This document shows, one piece after another, positions 53,666 to 64,000 of a DNA stretch of 64,000 bases. Position 1 is the stretch's first letter; every line of letters begins with the position of its first letter. The notes under the pieces were generated by a model. That model did not search any database. It worked only from the letters and a program-made list of their open reading frames with translations, and was not told the DNA's origin. Location: NCBI GenBank assembly GCA_963422645.2, contig CAXXVO010000014.1, positions 1-64,000 on the forward strand, written 5' to 3'. The position numbers were made by a program, and so were the translations under genes. The DNA is from Alphaproteobacteria bacterium (lineage in GTDB: Bacteria; Pseudomonadota; Alphaproteobacteria; UBA828).

Positions 53666-54787
53666 TCAGGCCGCGACCCGGCACACCGTCTCGTTGCCGC
53701 GCCCGGTGATGACCCGGCGCCAGCCGGCAAGCGCCCGGTCGAGGTCGGGATCGCCGGTATCGACGTGAAGCGTGCCCTCACGCAGCGACGCGATCTTCTC
53801 GGGCGTCGCCGCGACGAGCAGCCGGTCGAGACCCACCGCCCGCACCACGCGCGCGCCGATCTGCTGGTTGCCTCGGCCGAGAAAGTGCCCCTGACCGCCG
53901 ATGGGCGTGACCACGATGGCGCCGGGGCGGCTCTCCGCCAGCGCGCGCAGAATGTCCTCCTGGCTCGCGTCGGCGCCGATCACCGCCCCGTCCCGCACCA
54001 GGTCGACGCCGAGCAGGGTCTTGGGCAGGCTGAGCGTGTCGGCGACCGCGCGCGTGGTGGTGCCGGGACCCAGGATGTAGAGCCGCCCAGCCTCGATCCG
54101 GCCCGCAATTTCGACGGCGATCCCGCGTAGCACCTCGCGGTCGCTGCTGACCCCGCCCGCCTTCACGCTCTGGGTCAGGTCGGGGGCGTAGGGAACCGGC
54201 ATGTAGCCGTAAAGCCTTGCCGAGACGGCGCCGGCGCGGAACGCTTCCTCGTCGATATCCATCACCTCGCGCGGCCGCGCATCGATCTCCTGGGCCAGCG
54301 CCCTGAGCGCGAGGTCCGCGGCGGCGCGGGGGCTGGTGGCGTAGACCGCCGAGTGCATCTTCACGCCTGCCGGCACGCCGATCACCGGCACCCGGTCGCC
54401 CAGGACGGCCGCCATGTCGCGGGCGGTGCCGTCGCCGCCGGCGAAGACGATGAGCCGCGCGCCGGCGGCCGCCATCGCCTCGGCCGCAGCACGCGTGTCC
54501 GCCGCGCCGGTCTCGCCGGCGTCCGGGGCGCCCACGACGGTCGGGCGCAGGCCCGCGTCGCGCGCGATCCGCTCCCCCATCGCGCCAGGGGCCGCGAGGA
54601 GTTCGAGCCCGGGCTGGGCGGCGGCGAGCGCATCCAGCACCACGGCCGCGCGTGCGCCCGCCCGCGGCACAGCGCCCCGGGCGCGCGCCTCGCTCAGAAT
54701 TGCCGCCGTGTCCGTGCCCTTGAGCCCGACGCTGCCGCCCATGCCGGCGATCGGGTTGACGATCAGGCCGAGTGCTGGCCCGGCCAT
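53666..54787 (-). CDS. ATP-NAD kinase family protein
   Basis: VNPIAGMGG.VGLKGTD, GGDGT, PAGVKMHS and GRGNQQ. Confidence 0.88.
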   Translation of the reverse strand: MAGPALGLIVNPIAGMGGSVGLKGTDTAAILSEARARGAVPRAGARAAVVLDALAAAQPGLELLAAPGAMGERIARDAGLRPTVVGAPDAGETGAADTRAAAEAMAAAGARLIVFAGGDGTARDMAAVLGDRVPVIGVPAGVKMHSAVYATSPRAAADLALRALAQEIDARPREVMDIDEEAFRAGAVSARLYGYMPVPYAPDLTQSVKAGGVSSDREVLRGIAVEIAGRIEAGRLYILGPGTTTRAVADTLSLPKTLLGVDLVRDGAVIGADASQEDILRALAESRPGAIVVTPIGGQGHFLGRGNQQIGARVVRAVGLDRLLVAATPEKIASLREGTLHVDTGDPDLDRALAGWRRVITGRGNETVCRVAA

Positions 54788-54797
54788 GGCCCGCCGC

Positions 54798-56396
54798 TCA
54801 GCTGTAGCCGCCGCCGTGGCCGCCCAGGCCGCGCTTGACGTTGGCCCAGTTGCCCCGCTTGCGCCGGTAGGCGCGCGATGTGAAGGCCCAGCAGTCCGGG
54901 TCCTCCGGCACGTCGCCGTCGATCGGCCGGATGGCGGCACTGTGCGGGGCCGCCGTCACATGCTCCGGCGTGGTGCGGGCCTCCTCGGCGATTCGGCGCA
55001 GCGCGCCGAGCACGTGATCCATCTCCGCGATGGTGAGCGATTCGCCCGGCTCCAGGGTGAAGGGCTGCGGCACCAGCATCGGCACATGGCTCTCCATGTA
55101 ATGCTGCACGCCGAAATCGACCATCCGGTTCAACACGTCGTGGCTGGCGACGCCGGTCTCCTCGTAGAGCGGCTCCCAGCTGTAGCGGACCTGCTCCAGC
55201 TTGGGGTACGTGTTCTTGGGCCACGGGATCGTCGTGCCCTCGATCTGCCTGATCTTGTGCAGCATGTAGTTGTTGTTGAGCACCGCGGTCTCGGCGACGG
55301 CGCGCAGGCCTTCGGCGCCCAGGCTGCGGACCCAGGCATAGGCCTTGAGCACCGCGTGCACGTTGCCGATGAAGGCCCGGATCTTCTCGATCCCCTCTCC
55401 CGGATCGTGGTCGAGGCCGTAGCGCTCCCCGTCGTAGGTGACGATGGGGCGCGGCAGGAAGCGCTCCAGATGCTCCTTCACGCCGACCGCGGCGCAGCCC
55501 AGGCCGAGCGCGCCGTGCGGCGCGGAGAAGGTCTTGTGCAGGTTGAACTGGCACATGTCGAAGCCGGTATCGCCCGCGCGTACGATCCCCAGCAGCGGAT
55601 TGCCGTTGGCCTGGTCGTAGGCGCAGAGCCCGCCCGCCTCGTGCACGATGTCCACGAACGCGCGGATGTGCGGGTTGTACTGCCCGGTATCCTCAGGATT
55701 CGTCAGCATCAGGCCGGCGGTGCGCTCCGAGACCGCGGCCTTGAGCGCATCGACCTCGGCGAAACCCAGCTCGCCCGGCATGAGCGTGATGACCTTGAAC
55801 CCTGCCACCGCCGGCGTCGCCGCATCGGCGGGGTGCGAGAAGGCGGTGGTGATGATCTCGTCCCGTTTGCCGCCCTCGCCGCGTGAGGCATGATAGGCGC
55901 GGATCAGGCAGGCGTTGGTGTAGATGCCCTGCGCCCCGCTCGCCGGCTGGAAGGTGAAGGCATCCATGCCGGCGATCTCGCACATCATGCGATTGAAGCG
56001 GTAGAGGATCTCCAGCGTACCCTGCAGCGTCTCCGGGTCCTGCAGGGGGTGGACATCGGCGAAGGCCGGCAGGCGCGCGACATACTCGTGCATCTTGGGG
56101 CTGTATTTCATGGTGCAGGTGCCCATCATGTCGACGGTCACGTCGAAGCCCATGGCCATCTGCGAGAGCCTTAGGAAATGCCGGAGCACGCGATGCTGCG
56201 GCAGTTCCGGCAGCGCCGGCGGCGCCGCACGCCGCACCCCATCGGGCAGCGCAGAAGCGACATCGCCGACGGCCTCGGCGATGGCGTCGTCCACCGTGGG
56301 CGGCAGCAGGCCGCGCCCGCCGTCGCCCGGGATTTCGTCAATCAGAGGCTCGTCCCAGTGCGCGGCGTGGAAGCCGCTCCCCACGCGGTCTGTCAT
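54798..56396 (-). CDS. gcvPB: Glycine dehydrogenase (decarboxylating) subunit 2-like
   Basis: GTCTMKYSP, TNPEDTG and NLHKTFSAPHG. Confidence 0.88.
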   Translation of the reverse strand: MTDRVGSGFHAAHWDEPLIDEIPGDGGRGLLPPTVDDAIAEAVGDVASALPDGVRRAAPPALPELPQHRVLRHFLRLSQMAMGFDVTVDMMGTCTMKYSPKMHEYVARLPAFADVHPLQDPETLQGTLEILYRFNRMMCEIAGMDAFTFQPASGAQGIYTNACLIRAYHASRGEGGKRDEIITTAFSHPADAATPAVAGFKVITLMPGELGFAEVDALKAAVSERTAGLMLTNPEDTGQYNPHIRAFVDIVHEAGGLCAYDQANGNPLLGIVRAGDTGFDMCQFNLHKTFSAPHGALGLGCAAVGVKEHLERFLPRPIVTYDGERYGLDHDPGEGIEKIRAFIGNVHAVLKAYAWVRSLGAEGLRAVAETAVLNNNYMLHKIRQIEGTTIPWPKNTYPKLEQVRYSWEPLYEETGVASHDVLNRMVDFGVQHYMESHVPMLVPQPFTLEPGESLTIAEMDHVLGALRRIAEEARTTPEHVTAAPHSAAIRPIDGDVPEDPDCWAFTSRAYRRKRGNWANVKRGLGGHGGGYS

Positions 56397-57790
56397 CGGA
56401 CCGCCTCCCCGAGCGCGGAGACCAGTCTTTCGATCTCGGCCGCTCCGTGCAGCTCGGTCACGCAATAGAGAGCCGACCGCCCAAGCGCCGGGAATTCGCC
56501 GCTCAGGTCCTTGCCGCCGTGAATCTCCGCCTCAAGCAGCGCCGCGTTGATGGCGGCGACCGTCTTGCCCGTGCCGGAGAAATCGACCACGAACTCCTTG
56601 AAGAACGCCTGCCCCAGGTGCGGCACCGCGACGCCGGGGAGCGCCGCGATCCGCTCCGCCGCATAGCAGGCGCGCTGCATGATGCCGCGGCCGAGCTCGG
56701 CCATGCCCTTCGGCCCCATCAGCGAGAGATAGACCGCAACCCCGATGCCCCAAATCCACTGGGTCGTGCCGGCGTAGTCGGTGGCATCGTGGCGGGTGTC
56801 GTAGGAGGTGCGCTCCATGGTGGACCAGGCGAAGCCAAAGCCGTCCTCTCCCCCCGCCGCCGGCGCAATGCTGAACAGGATCGAGGGGTATTCCGCGACG
56901 AAACGCGCCTCGTCGCGGCTCGCGATGAAGCCGCCGTTGCCGCCACCCGCATACATGTGGATGCCGAGCGGCTGCAGGTCACCCACCACCAGGTCGGCGC
57001 CGTAATCGGCTGGCGCCGCGAGCACGCCGAGGGAGATCGGGTCGACGCCGGCAATCAGCATGGCACCGGCCTCGTGGGCGATGTCGGCGATCGCCTGGGC
57101 CTGGGTCTCGATCAGGCCGAGATAACCCGGACTCTCCATCACCACAGCGGCGGTCTCGGCCGAGACCTTGGCGCGGAGGTCGGCGAGGTCCATCAGCCCG
57201 GTCGCGGGATCGTGGGCGACGGTCTTTATCGTCGCGAAGGGCTTGGTGAAGCCCTGGAGCTGCGAGCGCCGGTCGGCGCTCATGGTCTCCGGCACCAGCA
57301 CGACGCGCCGGCCGGTGATACGGCAGGCCATCGTCGCGGCGCTGCCGGTTGCGGCGCCGGCGTCGTAGGTGGGGGTCGAGACCACCTCCATGCCCACCAG
57401 CTCGCCGATCAGGCTCTGAAACTCGAAGAGCGCCTGGTTCTTGCCGTGGTCAGAGTAGGTGCCGCCGCCGTAGGCCGTGAGAAACTCGCCGCGATGGACG
57501 ATCTCGTCCACGATCGCCGGCACATAGTGCTGGGCGCAGCCGGCGCCGCAGAAGTTGAGCCACGACCCGGTGCAGGGCTGGTTGCGGGCGACGATCTCCT
57601 CGAGGTGCTTCCGCAGGTCCTGCTCGCCCGGCAGCGCCGGAGGCAGGTCGAGCGGCCCCTTCACCCTGAGCGCCTCCGGAATCGCCGCGTAAAGCTCCTC
57701 CACGTCGCCCGCGCCGATGGCATCCAGCAGCTTGCGCCGCGGCTCCGGTGCCGCATTCGGCACGTAGGGATGTGTGAACCCGTCGCCCAT
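56393..57790 (-). CDS. gcvPA: Glycine dehydrogenase (decarboxylating) subunit 1-like
   Basis: HYVPA, RGEFLTAY, FEFQSL, QPLG and CVTE. Confidence 0.88.
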   Translation of the reverse strand: MGDGFTHPYVPNAAPEPRRKLLDAIGAGDVEELYAAIPEALRVKGPLDLPPALPGEQDLRKHLEEIVARNQPCTGSWLNFCGAGCAQHYVPAIVDEIVHRGEFLTAYGGGTYSDHGKNQALFEFQSLIGELVGMEVVSTPTYDAGAATGSAATMACRITGRRVVLVPETMSADRRSQLQGFTKPFATIKTVAHDPATGLMDLADLRAKVSAETAAVVMESPGYLGLIETQAQAIADIAHEAGAMLIAGVDPISLGVLAAPADYGADLVVGDLQPLGIHMYAGGGNGGFIASRDEARFVAEYPSILFSIAPAAGGEDGFGFAWSTMERTSYDTRHDATDYAGTTQWIWGIGVAVYLSLMGPKGMAELGRGIMQRACYAAERIAALPGVAVPHLGQAFFKEFVVDFSGTGKTVAAINAALLEAEIHGGKDLSGEFPALGRSALYCVTELHGAAEIERLVSALGEAVR

Positions 57791-58016
57791 GTCTCGCCTC
57801 CCCTCCTGATCCCGGCCAGTCTATCCCGCCGCCAAAGGCGCTCCAACGGCGCCCGGCCCGCTTTGATTGTCTGGCTACGCCCGTGCAGTGTTCCCCGCCG
57901 AAGCGGATCGGGAGCCCGCCATGGCGATCTCGAACGCGACGCTCGGCGATGTCGCGGCCGGGCTGGTGCCGGATGAGGCCGGGCAAGCCTACGTGAACTG
58001 GTAAGGACCGACGCCG

Positions 58017-59006
58017 ATGCCCACCGCCTCCCGCCCTGTCGGAGTCTTCATCCTCGGCGACGTCGCGCCACGGGATCTCGTCGGGCTCAGCCGGCAGGTG
58101 GAGCGCTGCGGTTTCTCCGACCTCTGGTTCGCCGAGGACTACTTCATGCTCTCGGGCTTCGCGAGTGCAGGCATCGCGCTGCAGGCGACGGATGCGATCG
58201 ACGTCGGCATCGGCGCGGTCTCCAACCGGGTGCGGCATCCCGCCGTCACCGCGATGGAAGCGTCGACGCTGGCCAACGCCTATCCCGGCCGATTCGCCCT
58301 CGGCATCGGCCACGGCGTGCCGGCCTGGGTCGCGCAGATGCACCTCACGCCGAAATCGGTGCTGGGCTCGATAGGCGAGGCGATCGGCGACGTGAAGCGT
58401 CTGCTCGCGGGCGAGAGCCTGACGCAGCAAGGCGCCTACTACGGCTACGACAAGGTCGCGCTGACCCATCCGGCGCCCGACCTCAAGGTGCTGGCCGCCG
58501 TGGTCGGGCCGCGATCGGTCGACCTCTGTGCCGAGATCGCGGACGGCATGGTGGTCTCCGTGCTCGCGGGGCCGCGCTACGTCGCAGCGGTGCGGGAGCG
58601 GATCGCGGCGGTCCGCCATGCGCACGGACTTTCCGATGACTTCGAGATCGTGGTCTACGCGCTCGCCTGCGTGGGCGAGGATCGCATCGCGGCCTACGCC
58701 AAGGTCCGCCCCGTAACCGCCTTCTATCTGGAGGCTATGGGTCTGACGCTGATCACCGGCGTCTACGACGCCAACGAGACCCTGGCCGCGATGATCGAGG
58801 CGGGCGGCGCCGCAGCGATCGAATCCGACATGCCTGACGATTGGCTGGACTGGCTGGTGGTCGCCGGCCGCCCGGACGATTGCCGCGCCGGCATCGAGGC
58901 GCTCTTCGAGGCCGGCGCCACCCGGGTCGTGCTCTGCGTCGTACCCTCGGAAGAGCTGCCGACGCAGCTGGAGATTCTCGGGAGCGAGGTCTTGCCGGGA
59001 CTTTAG
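58017..59006 (+). CDS. LLM-class flavin-dependent oxidoreductase
   Basis: WFAEDY, RHPA, GRFALGIG and EIADG. Confidence 0.9.
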   Translation: MPTASRPVGVFILGDVAPRDLVGLSRQVERCGFSDLWFAEDYFMLSGFASAGIALQATDAIDVGIGAVSNRVRHPAVTAMEASTLANAYPGRFALGIGHGVPAWVAQMHLTPKSVLGSIGEAIGDVKRLLAGESLTQQGAYYGYDKVALTHPAPDLKVLAAVVGPRSVDLCAEIADGMVVSVLAGPRYVAAVRERIAAVRHAHGLSDDFEIVVYALACVGEDRIAAYAKVRPVTAFYLEAMGLTLITGVYDANETLAAMIEAGGAAAIESDMPDDWLDWLVVAGRPDDCRAGIEALFEAGATRVVLCVVPSEELPTQLEILGSEVLPGL

Positions 59007-60187
59007 CCGCTCTCGGCGCCGTCGAGCACCGCGAGCGCTGCCTCGACCCCGGCCCCCACGTCGGCCTTTCCGCCCAGCGACGCGATGGCGCCGCCGAGCG
59101 CGGTCACGGCCACGGTCGCGAAGATCGGCCGCGCCACCGGCCCCATGTGGCCGATCCGCACCAGCTTGCCCAGCAGCGAGCCGCGCCCGGCGGAGAAGAC
59201 CACGCCGTAGAGCCGACGCGCCGCCTGCCGAATCGCTGCGTCCTCCAGCCCCTCCGGCACCCGCACAGTGGTTGCCGTGTCGGCGCAGATGGCTTCGCGT
59301 GCGGGCCAGAGCTTGAGGCCCATGGCGCGAACGCCCGCGCGGCAGGCGCGCGCCGTCAGCGCATGGCGTGCCCACACCGCCTCCGGTCCCTCGTCGAGAT
59401 AGTTCTGGACCGCGGCGTCCAGCGCGTGAACCTCGGAGACGGAGGGCGTGTACGGAAAGAGCACGTCGGCCCGCCAGGCATCCCGCCAGTCCTTGAGACT
59501 CAGCACCGAGTCCGCCGGTGCGGCGGGATTGGCGTCGATCTTCGCCCAGGCGCGCTCGCTGACATGGACGATGGAGAGGCCGGTGCTGCCACCGAGGCAC
59601 TTGTTGGGGCCGGTCACGAAGATGTCGGCGTGGATATCCTCGGGGTGAACGTCCATTCCGCCGAAGGAGGAGACCGCATCCACGATGGTCAGCACGTCGT
59701 GGTCACGGCAGATCGCGCCAATCTCGCGCACCGGGTTGACCGTCCCCGACGGCGTGTCGTGATGGCAGACGGAGAGGATGCGGATATCCGGCCGGGCCTT
59801 CAGCATCTTGGTCACCGCGTCCGGATCGATGGCGTCGTCATAGGGCGCCACGATCTCGACCAGTTCCCGGCAATGGCGCGCCGCCCAGAGCCCGAAGCCC
59901 TTGCCGTATTCGCCGGAGGCAAGATTCAGCACCACGTCATTGGCGCCGATCAGAGCGGCGGCGGCGGCTTCCAGCCCGAGCACGGGCTCGCCCATCAGGA
60001 TCACCGGCGGCAGCGCGGTGCGCAGCGACTCGGCGGTCTTGCGGACGGTCGATTCGTAGAATTGCTGGAAGGAGGGGTCGAAATCGTAGGTGACGGGCCG
60101 CGAAAGCGCCCGCAGGACAACGGGGTACGCGTCGACCGGCCCTGCGCTGAGCGTGATGATCGGAGGATCGTCGTCGAAATTCCGCAT
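59003..60187 (-). CDS. ppaT: Pyridoxamine-pyruvate aminotransferase-like (class V)
   Basis: ITLSAGPV, GEPVLGLEAAA, CHHDTPSG, GPNKCLG and RIGHMGP; closely resembles Mesorhizobium PpaT as recalled. Confidence 0.8.
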   Translation of the reverse strand: MRNFDDDPPIITLSAGPVDAYPVVLRALSRPVTYDFDPSFQQFYESTVRKTAESLRTALPPVILMGEPVLGLEAAAAALIGANDVVLNLASGEYGKGFGLWAARHCRELVEIVAPYDDAIDPDAVTKMLKARPDIRILSVCHHDTPSGTVNPVREIGAICRDHDVLTIVDAVSSFGGMDVHPEDIHADIFVTGPNKCLGGSTGLSIVHVSERAWAKIDANPAAPADSVLSLKDWRDAWRADVLFPYTPSVSEVHALDAAVQNYLDEGPEAVWARHALTARACRAGVRAMGLKLWPAREAICADTATTVRVPEGLEDAAIRQAARRLYGVVFSAGRGSLLGKLVRIGHMGPVARPIFATVAVTALGGAIASLGGKADVGAGVEAALAVLDGAESG

Positions 60188-60432
60188 TTTCGAGGCTGGC
60201 TCAAGGGCTTGGACGAAAAGCCAGAATACATCGCCAGACCGCCTTCCCCAAGGCGGTGCAAGGTGCAATTATAGCGCCCGAGGCTGGCCCATTTCGCGCT
60301 CACGCACCCGTGGCGGCGGCCCATAACAGGTCGATTGACGCGTATGTCCTTTGTAGTACTTTTGTCATGCTGGTCTCGTGAGATTAGGGTCGCGCGACGG
60401 GCTGAACGGTGACTCACCAGAGAGAGGGAGCC

Positions 60433-62346
60433 ATGCCGGAGACGCCGCATCTGGACCGCGTGAAGAGCCCCGGAGATCTACGCAACCTTTCGGTCAAGGA
60501 ACTCAAGAAAGTTGCCGGGGAGCTTCGTGCCGAAACCGTCGACGCCGTCTCGGTCACTGGCGGCCATCTGGGCGCAGGCCTTGGCGTCGTCGAGCTGACG
60601 GTCGCCCTCCACCATGTGTTCGACACCCCCCGCGATCGCCTGATCTGGGATGTGGGTCACCAGTCCTACCCGCACAAGATCATCACCGGGCGGCGCGACC
60701 AGATCCGCACCATCCGCCAGCCGGGCGGGCTCTACGGCTTCACCAAGCGGACCGAGAGCGAGTACGACCCCTTCGGCGCGGCGCATTCGTCCACCTCGAT
60801 TTCCGCCGGCCTCGGTATGGCGGTAGCGAGCAGCCTCAAGGGCGAAGCGCGCAACGTCATCTGCGTCATCGGCGACGGCGCCATGTCGGGCGGCATGGCC
60901 TACGAGGCGATGAACAACGCAGGCTCGATGCCGCCCCGCCTCATCGTCATCCTCAACGACAACGAGATGTCGATCGCGCCGGCGGTGGGCGCGCTCAACG
61001 CGTACCTCTCACGGCTGCTCTCCAGCCACCAGTTCCGCAGCCTGCGCGAGCTCGGCAAGCAGTGGGCGCGCAGGCTGCCCAAGGCGATGGGCGACGCGGC
61101 GATGCGGGCCGAGGAGTACTCCCGCGGCATGGTCACTGGCGGCACCCTCTTCGAGGAGCTGGGCTTCTTCTATATCGGGCCGATCGACGGCCACAATCTC
61201 GACCATCTGGTCCCGGTGCTGCGCAACGTGCGCAAGGACGAGACGCCGGGGCCCGTGCTGCTCCACGTCGTCACCAGCAAGGGCAAGGGCTACGAGCCCG
61301 CCGAGAATGCGCCGGACCGCGGCCACGCGCTCGGCAAGTTCGACGTGGTGACGGGTGAGCAGAAGAAGGGCAAGCCCAAGGCGCCGAGCTACACCAACGT
61401 CTTCGCCCAGAGCCTGATCAAGGAGGCGGACCGCGACGAGAAGATCGTGGCGCTGACCGCCGCCATGCCGTCCGGCACCGGGCTCGACAAGTTCGCCAAG
61501 GCGCATCCCGACCGCTGCTTCGACGTCGGCATTGCCGAGCAGCACTGCGTCACCTTCGCGGCGGGGCTCGCAACGGAGGGATTGAAACCCTTCGCCGCGA
61601 TCTACTCGACCTTTCTCCAGCGTGCCTACGACCAGATTGTGCACGACGTGGCGATTCAGAAGTTGCCGGTCCGCTTCGCCATCGACCGCGCGGGCTTGGT
61701 GGGCGCCGACGGCCCCACCCATGCGGGCAGCTTCGATGTCACCTATCTCTCGACGCTGCCGGGCTTCGTCGTCATGGCCGCGGCGGACGAGGCCGAGCTC
61801 GTCCACATGGTGCACACGGCGGCGAGGATCGACGACCGCCCCAGCGCCTTCCGCTATCCGCGCGGCGAGGGTGTCGGCGTGCCGCTGCCGGAGACGCCCA
61901 AGATGCTGGAGATCGGCAAGGGGCGGATCGTGCGCGAAGGCACGGCGATCGCGATCATCTCCCTCGGCGCCCGCTTGCAGGAAGCGCTGAGCGCGGCAGA
62001 TGAGCTGCAGACGCGGGGGCTTTCGACCACCGTCGCCGATGCCCGCTTCGCCAAGCCGTTGGACGAGGACCTGATCCGCCGGCTCGCGCGGGAGCACGAG
62101 GTGGTGATCACCATCGAGGAAGGCTCGATCGGCGGTTTCGGCGCGCATGTCATGCAGTTCCTGGCCACGACGGGCTACCTCGACGGCGGCCTCAAGATCC
62201 GGCCGATGCTCCTGCCCGACCGTTTCGTCGCCCACGGCACGCCCGCCGGCATGTACGAGGACGCGGGGCTCACCGCGCGCGACATCGTCGACACGGCGCT
62301 CGGCGCGCTGGGCAGCAACTCGGCCACCCTGCCGCAACGCGCCTGA
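60433..62346 (+). CDS. dxs: 1-deoxy-D-xylulose-5-phosphate synthase
   Basis: GGHLG, WDVGHQ, GDGA..LNDN, GIAEQH and [13 protein letters not shown]. Confidence 0.97.
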   Translation: MPETPHLDRVKSPGDLRNLSVKELKKVAGELRAETVDAVSVTGGHLGAGLGVVELTVALHHVFDTPRDRLIWDVGHQSYPHKIITGRRDQIRTIRQPGGLYGFTKRTESEYDPFGAAHSSTSISAGLGMAVASSLKGEARNVICVIGDGAMSGGMAYEAMNNAGSMPPRLIVILNDNEMSIAPAVGALNAYLSRLLSSHQFRSLRELGKQWARRLPKAMGDAAMRAEEYSRGMVTGGTLFEELGFFYIGPIDGHNLDHLVPVLRNVRKDETPGPVLLHVVTSKGKGYEPAENAPDRGHALGKFDVVTGEQKKGKPKAPSYTNVFAQSLIKEADRDEKIVALTAAMPSGTGLDKFAKAHPDRCFDVGIAEQHCVTFAAGLATEGLKPFAAIYSTFLQRAYDQIVHDVAIQKLPVRFAIDRAGLVGADGPTHAGSFDVTYLSTLPGFVVMAAADEAELVHMVHTAARIDDRPSAFRYPRGEGVGVPLPETPKMLEIGKGRIVREGTAIAIISLGARLQEALSAADELQTRGLSTTVADARFAKPLDEDLIRRLAREHEVVITIEEGSIGGFGAHVMQFLATTGYLDGGLKIRPMLLPDRFVAHGTPAGMYEDAGLTARDIVDTALGALGSNSATLPQRA

Positions 62347-62351
62347 CGCCC

Positions 62352-64000
62352 ATGCAGGTTGCGCGCGCCGGGCCAGACCGGCGGAGTGAAACCATCGTCC
62401 GCCAGCCGTCGGACAGTCAGGACGGCCCCCTTCCCGCCCCCGACATCGAGCAGGTCATCGAGGACGCCGCCGCCGGCCTGCGCGGCCTGCAGCACGACGA
62501 CGGCCACTGGCTGTTCGAGCTCGAGGCCGATGCGACCATCCCGGCGGAGTACGTCCTTCTCAACCACTTCCTCGACGAGATAGACGACGAGACCGAGGCG
62601 CGTCTCGGCGCCTACATCCGCGCCCGTCAGGCCGATCACGGCGGCTGGCCCCTCTTCCCCGGCGGGGTGTTCGACATTAGCTGCACCGTCAAGGCCTACT
62701 ACGCCCTCAAGCTGATCGGAGACGACCCTGACGCGCCGCACATGGTGCGGGCGCGCAAGGCCGTGCTCGCCGCCGGCGGTGCTGCTCGGTGCAACGTATT
62801 CACGCGGATCAGCCTCGCGCTCTTCGGCCAGGTGCCGTGGCGCGCCGCACCGGCGATGCCGGTGGAGATCATGAACCTGCCCAGGTGGTTCCCCTTCCAT
62901 CTGGACAAGGTCTCCTACTGGTCGCGTACCACCATCGTGCCGCTCACGATCCTGCTCGCGCTGAAGCCCCGCGCACGCAACCCGCGGGGCATCGGGATCG
63001 CCGAGCTGTTCACCACCCCGCCGGAACGGGAATGGCACTATTTCCCACGAGAAACCGCGACGCAGTGGTGCTTCCTGACCCTCGACCGCGTGCTCTCGGT
63101 GGGCGAGAGGGCGATACCGGGCGGGGTGCGGCGGCGCGCGATCGACAAGGCGCTCGACTGGTGCATGACGCGCCTCAACGGCGAGGACGGCTTGGGCGCG
63201 ATCTTCCCGCCGATGGCCAACGTGGTCATGGCCTTCGATGCGCTGGGCTATGGACCCGCTCATCCGCCCCGCCGCACGGCTCGTCGGGCGGTCGACCTCC
63301 TGCTGACCGAGCCCGCGAACGGCAGCCAATATTGCCAGCCTTGCGTCTCGCCGGTCTGGGACACTGGCCTCGCCGCGCTGAGCCTCTTGGAATGCGACAG
63401 TGAGGACGACCGTCGTGCAGCGGACGACTCCCTCCCCTGGCTCGCCGACCTCCAGATCCTCGATGTCGCGGGCGACTGGGCTGCGATGCGGCCGGACGCC
63501 CCGCCGGGGGGCTGGGCCTTCCAGTACCGCAACGATTACTACCCCGACGTGGACGACACCGCGGTCGTCGCCATGGCGCTCCACCGCGCCGATCCCGAGG
63601 CGCACCGCGAGGCACTCGAGCGGGCGGCTGACTGGATCGTCGCCATGCAGAACGAGAACGGCGGCTGGGGCGCCTTCGACGCCGAGAACGAGAACTACTC
63701 GCTCAACCACATTCCCTTCGCCGACCACGGCGCCCTGCTCGACCCCGCAACCGCAGACGTCAGCGCGCGCTGCGTGAGCTTCCTCTGTCAGATCGGGTAT
63801 TCCAGGCAGCACGCCGCCGTCGCCAAGGGCCTCGCCTATCTCCGCGCCGAGCAGGAGGAGAACGGCTCCTGGTTCGGCCGCTGGGGCACCAACTACGTCT
63901 ACGGCACCTGGTCGGTGCTCTGCGCCTTGAACGCTGCCGGCGAGGCCCCGGCTTCGCCCGCCATCCGCAAGGCGGTCGCCTGGCTCGAAGCCAAGCAGCG
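62352..64000 (+). CDS. shc: Squalene-hopene cyclase, 3'-partial (absent from the ORF track)
   Basis: DGHWLFELEADATIPAEY, CQPCVSPVWDT, YPDVDDTA and QW repeats. Confidence 0.95.
   Translation, partial: MQVARAGPDRRSETIVRQPSDSQDGPLPAPDIEQVIEDAAAGLRGLQHDDGHWLFELEADATIPAEYVLLNHFLDEIDDETEARLGAYIRARQADHGGWPLFPGGVFDISCTVKAYYALKLIGDDPDAPHMVRARKAVLAAGGAARCNVFTRISLALFGQVPWRAAPAMPVEIMNLPRWFPFHLDKVSYWSRTTIVPLTILLALKPRARNPRGIGIAELFTTPPEREWHYFPRETATQWCFLTLDRVLSVGERAIPGGVRRRAIDKALDWCMTRLNGEDGLGAIFPPMANVVMAFDALGYGPAHPPRRTARRAVDLLLTEPANGSQYCQPCVSPVWDTGLAALSLLECDSEDDRRAADDSLPWLADLQILDVAGDWAAMRPDAPPGGWAFQYRNDYYPDVDDTAVVAMALHRADPEAHREALERAADWIVAMQNENGGWGAFDAENENYSLNHIPFADHGALLDPATADVSARCVSFLCQIGYSRQHAAVAKGLAYLRAEQEENGSWFGRWGTNYVYGTWSVLCALNAAGEAPASPAIRKAVAWLEAKQ

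Overview
High-GC bacterial chromosome segment, probably from an alphaproteobacterium (inferred from gene content). It is mostly metabolic and transport genes (purM, two GSTs, three ABC transporter gene sets, racemase/enolase-family enzymes, gcvPA/PB, a ppaT-like aminotransferase, dxs, shc), overlaid by many mobile elements. (1) Three copies of a single-transposase IS66 element. The two complete copies carry an intact short DNA adenine methyltransferase coupled to tnpC. They form one tail-to-tail composite (1643-6839) flanked by an 8-bp duplication (CATAGATC) inside a Baeyer-Villiger monooxygenase gene. (2) An IS630 element with a REP-like hairpin in its 3' end. (3) Two related but different remnants of a transposable (Mu-like) siphovirus. 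One (40283-45328) is a 5-kb 'mini-Mu' with both TGTAG...CTACA ends, repeated putative transposase sites and a 5-bp duplication (GACCC), and it splits an ABC solute-binding gene. The other (22446-~27975) keeps one end only. Near the tail-side end, each carries a different predicted modifying enzyme (QueC-like ATPase vs 2OG-Fe(II) oxygenase) and helically phased 11-bp repeats. Family calls come from motif recognition by eye; no database searches were run.
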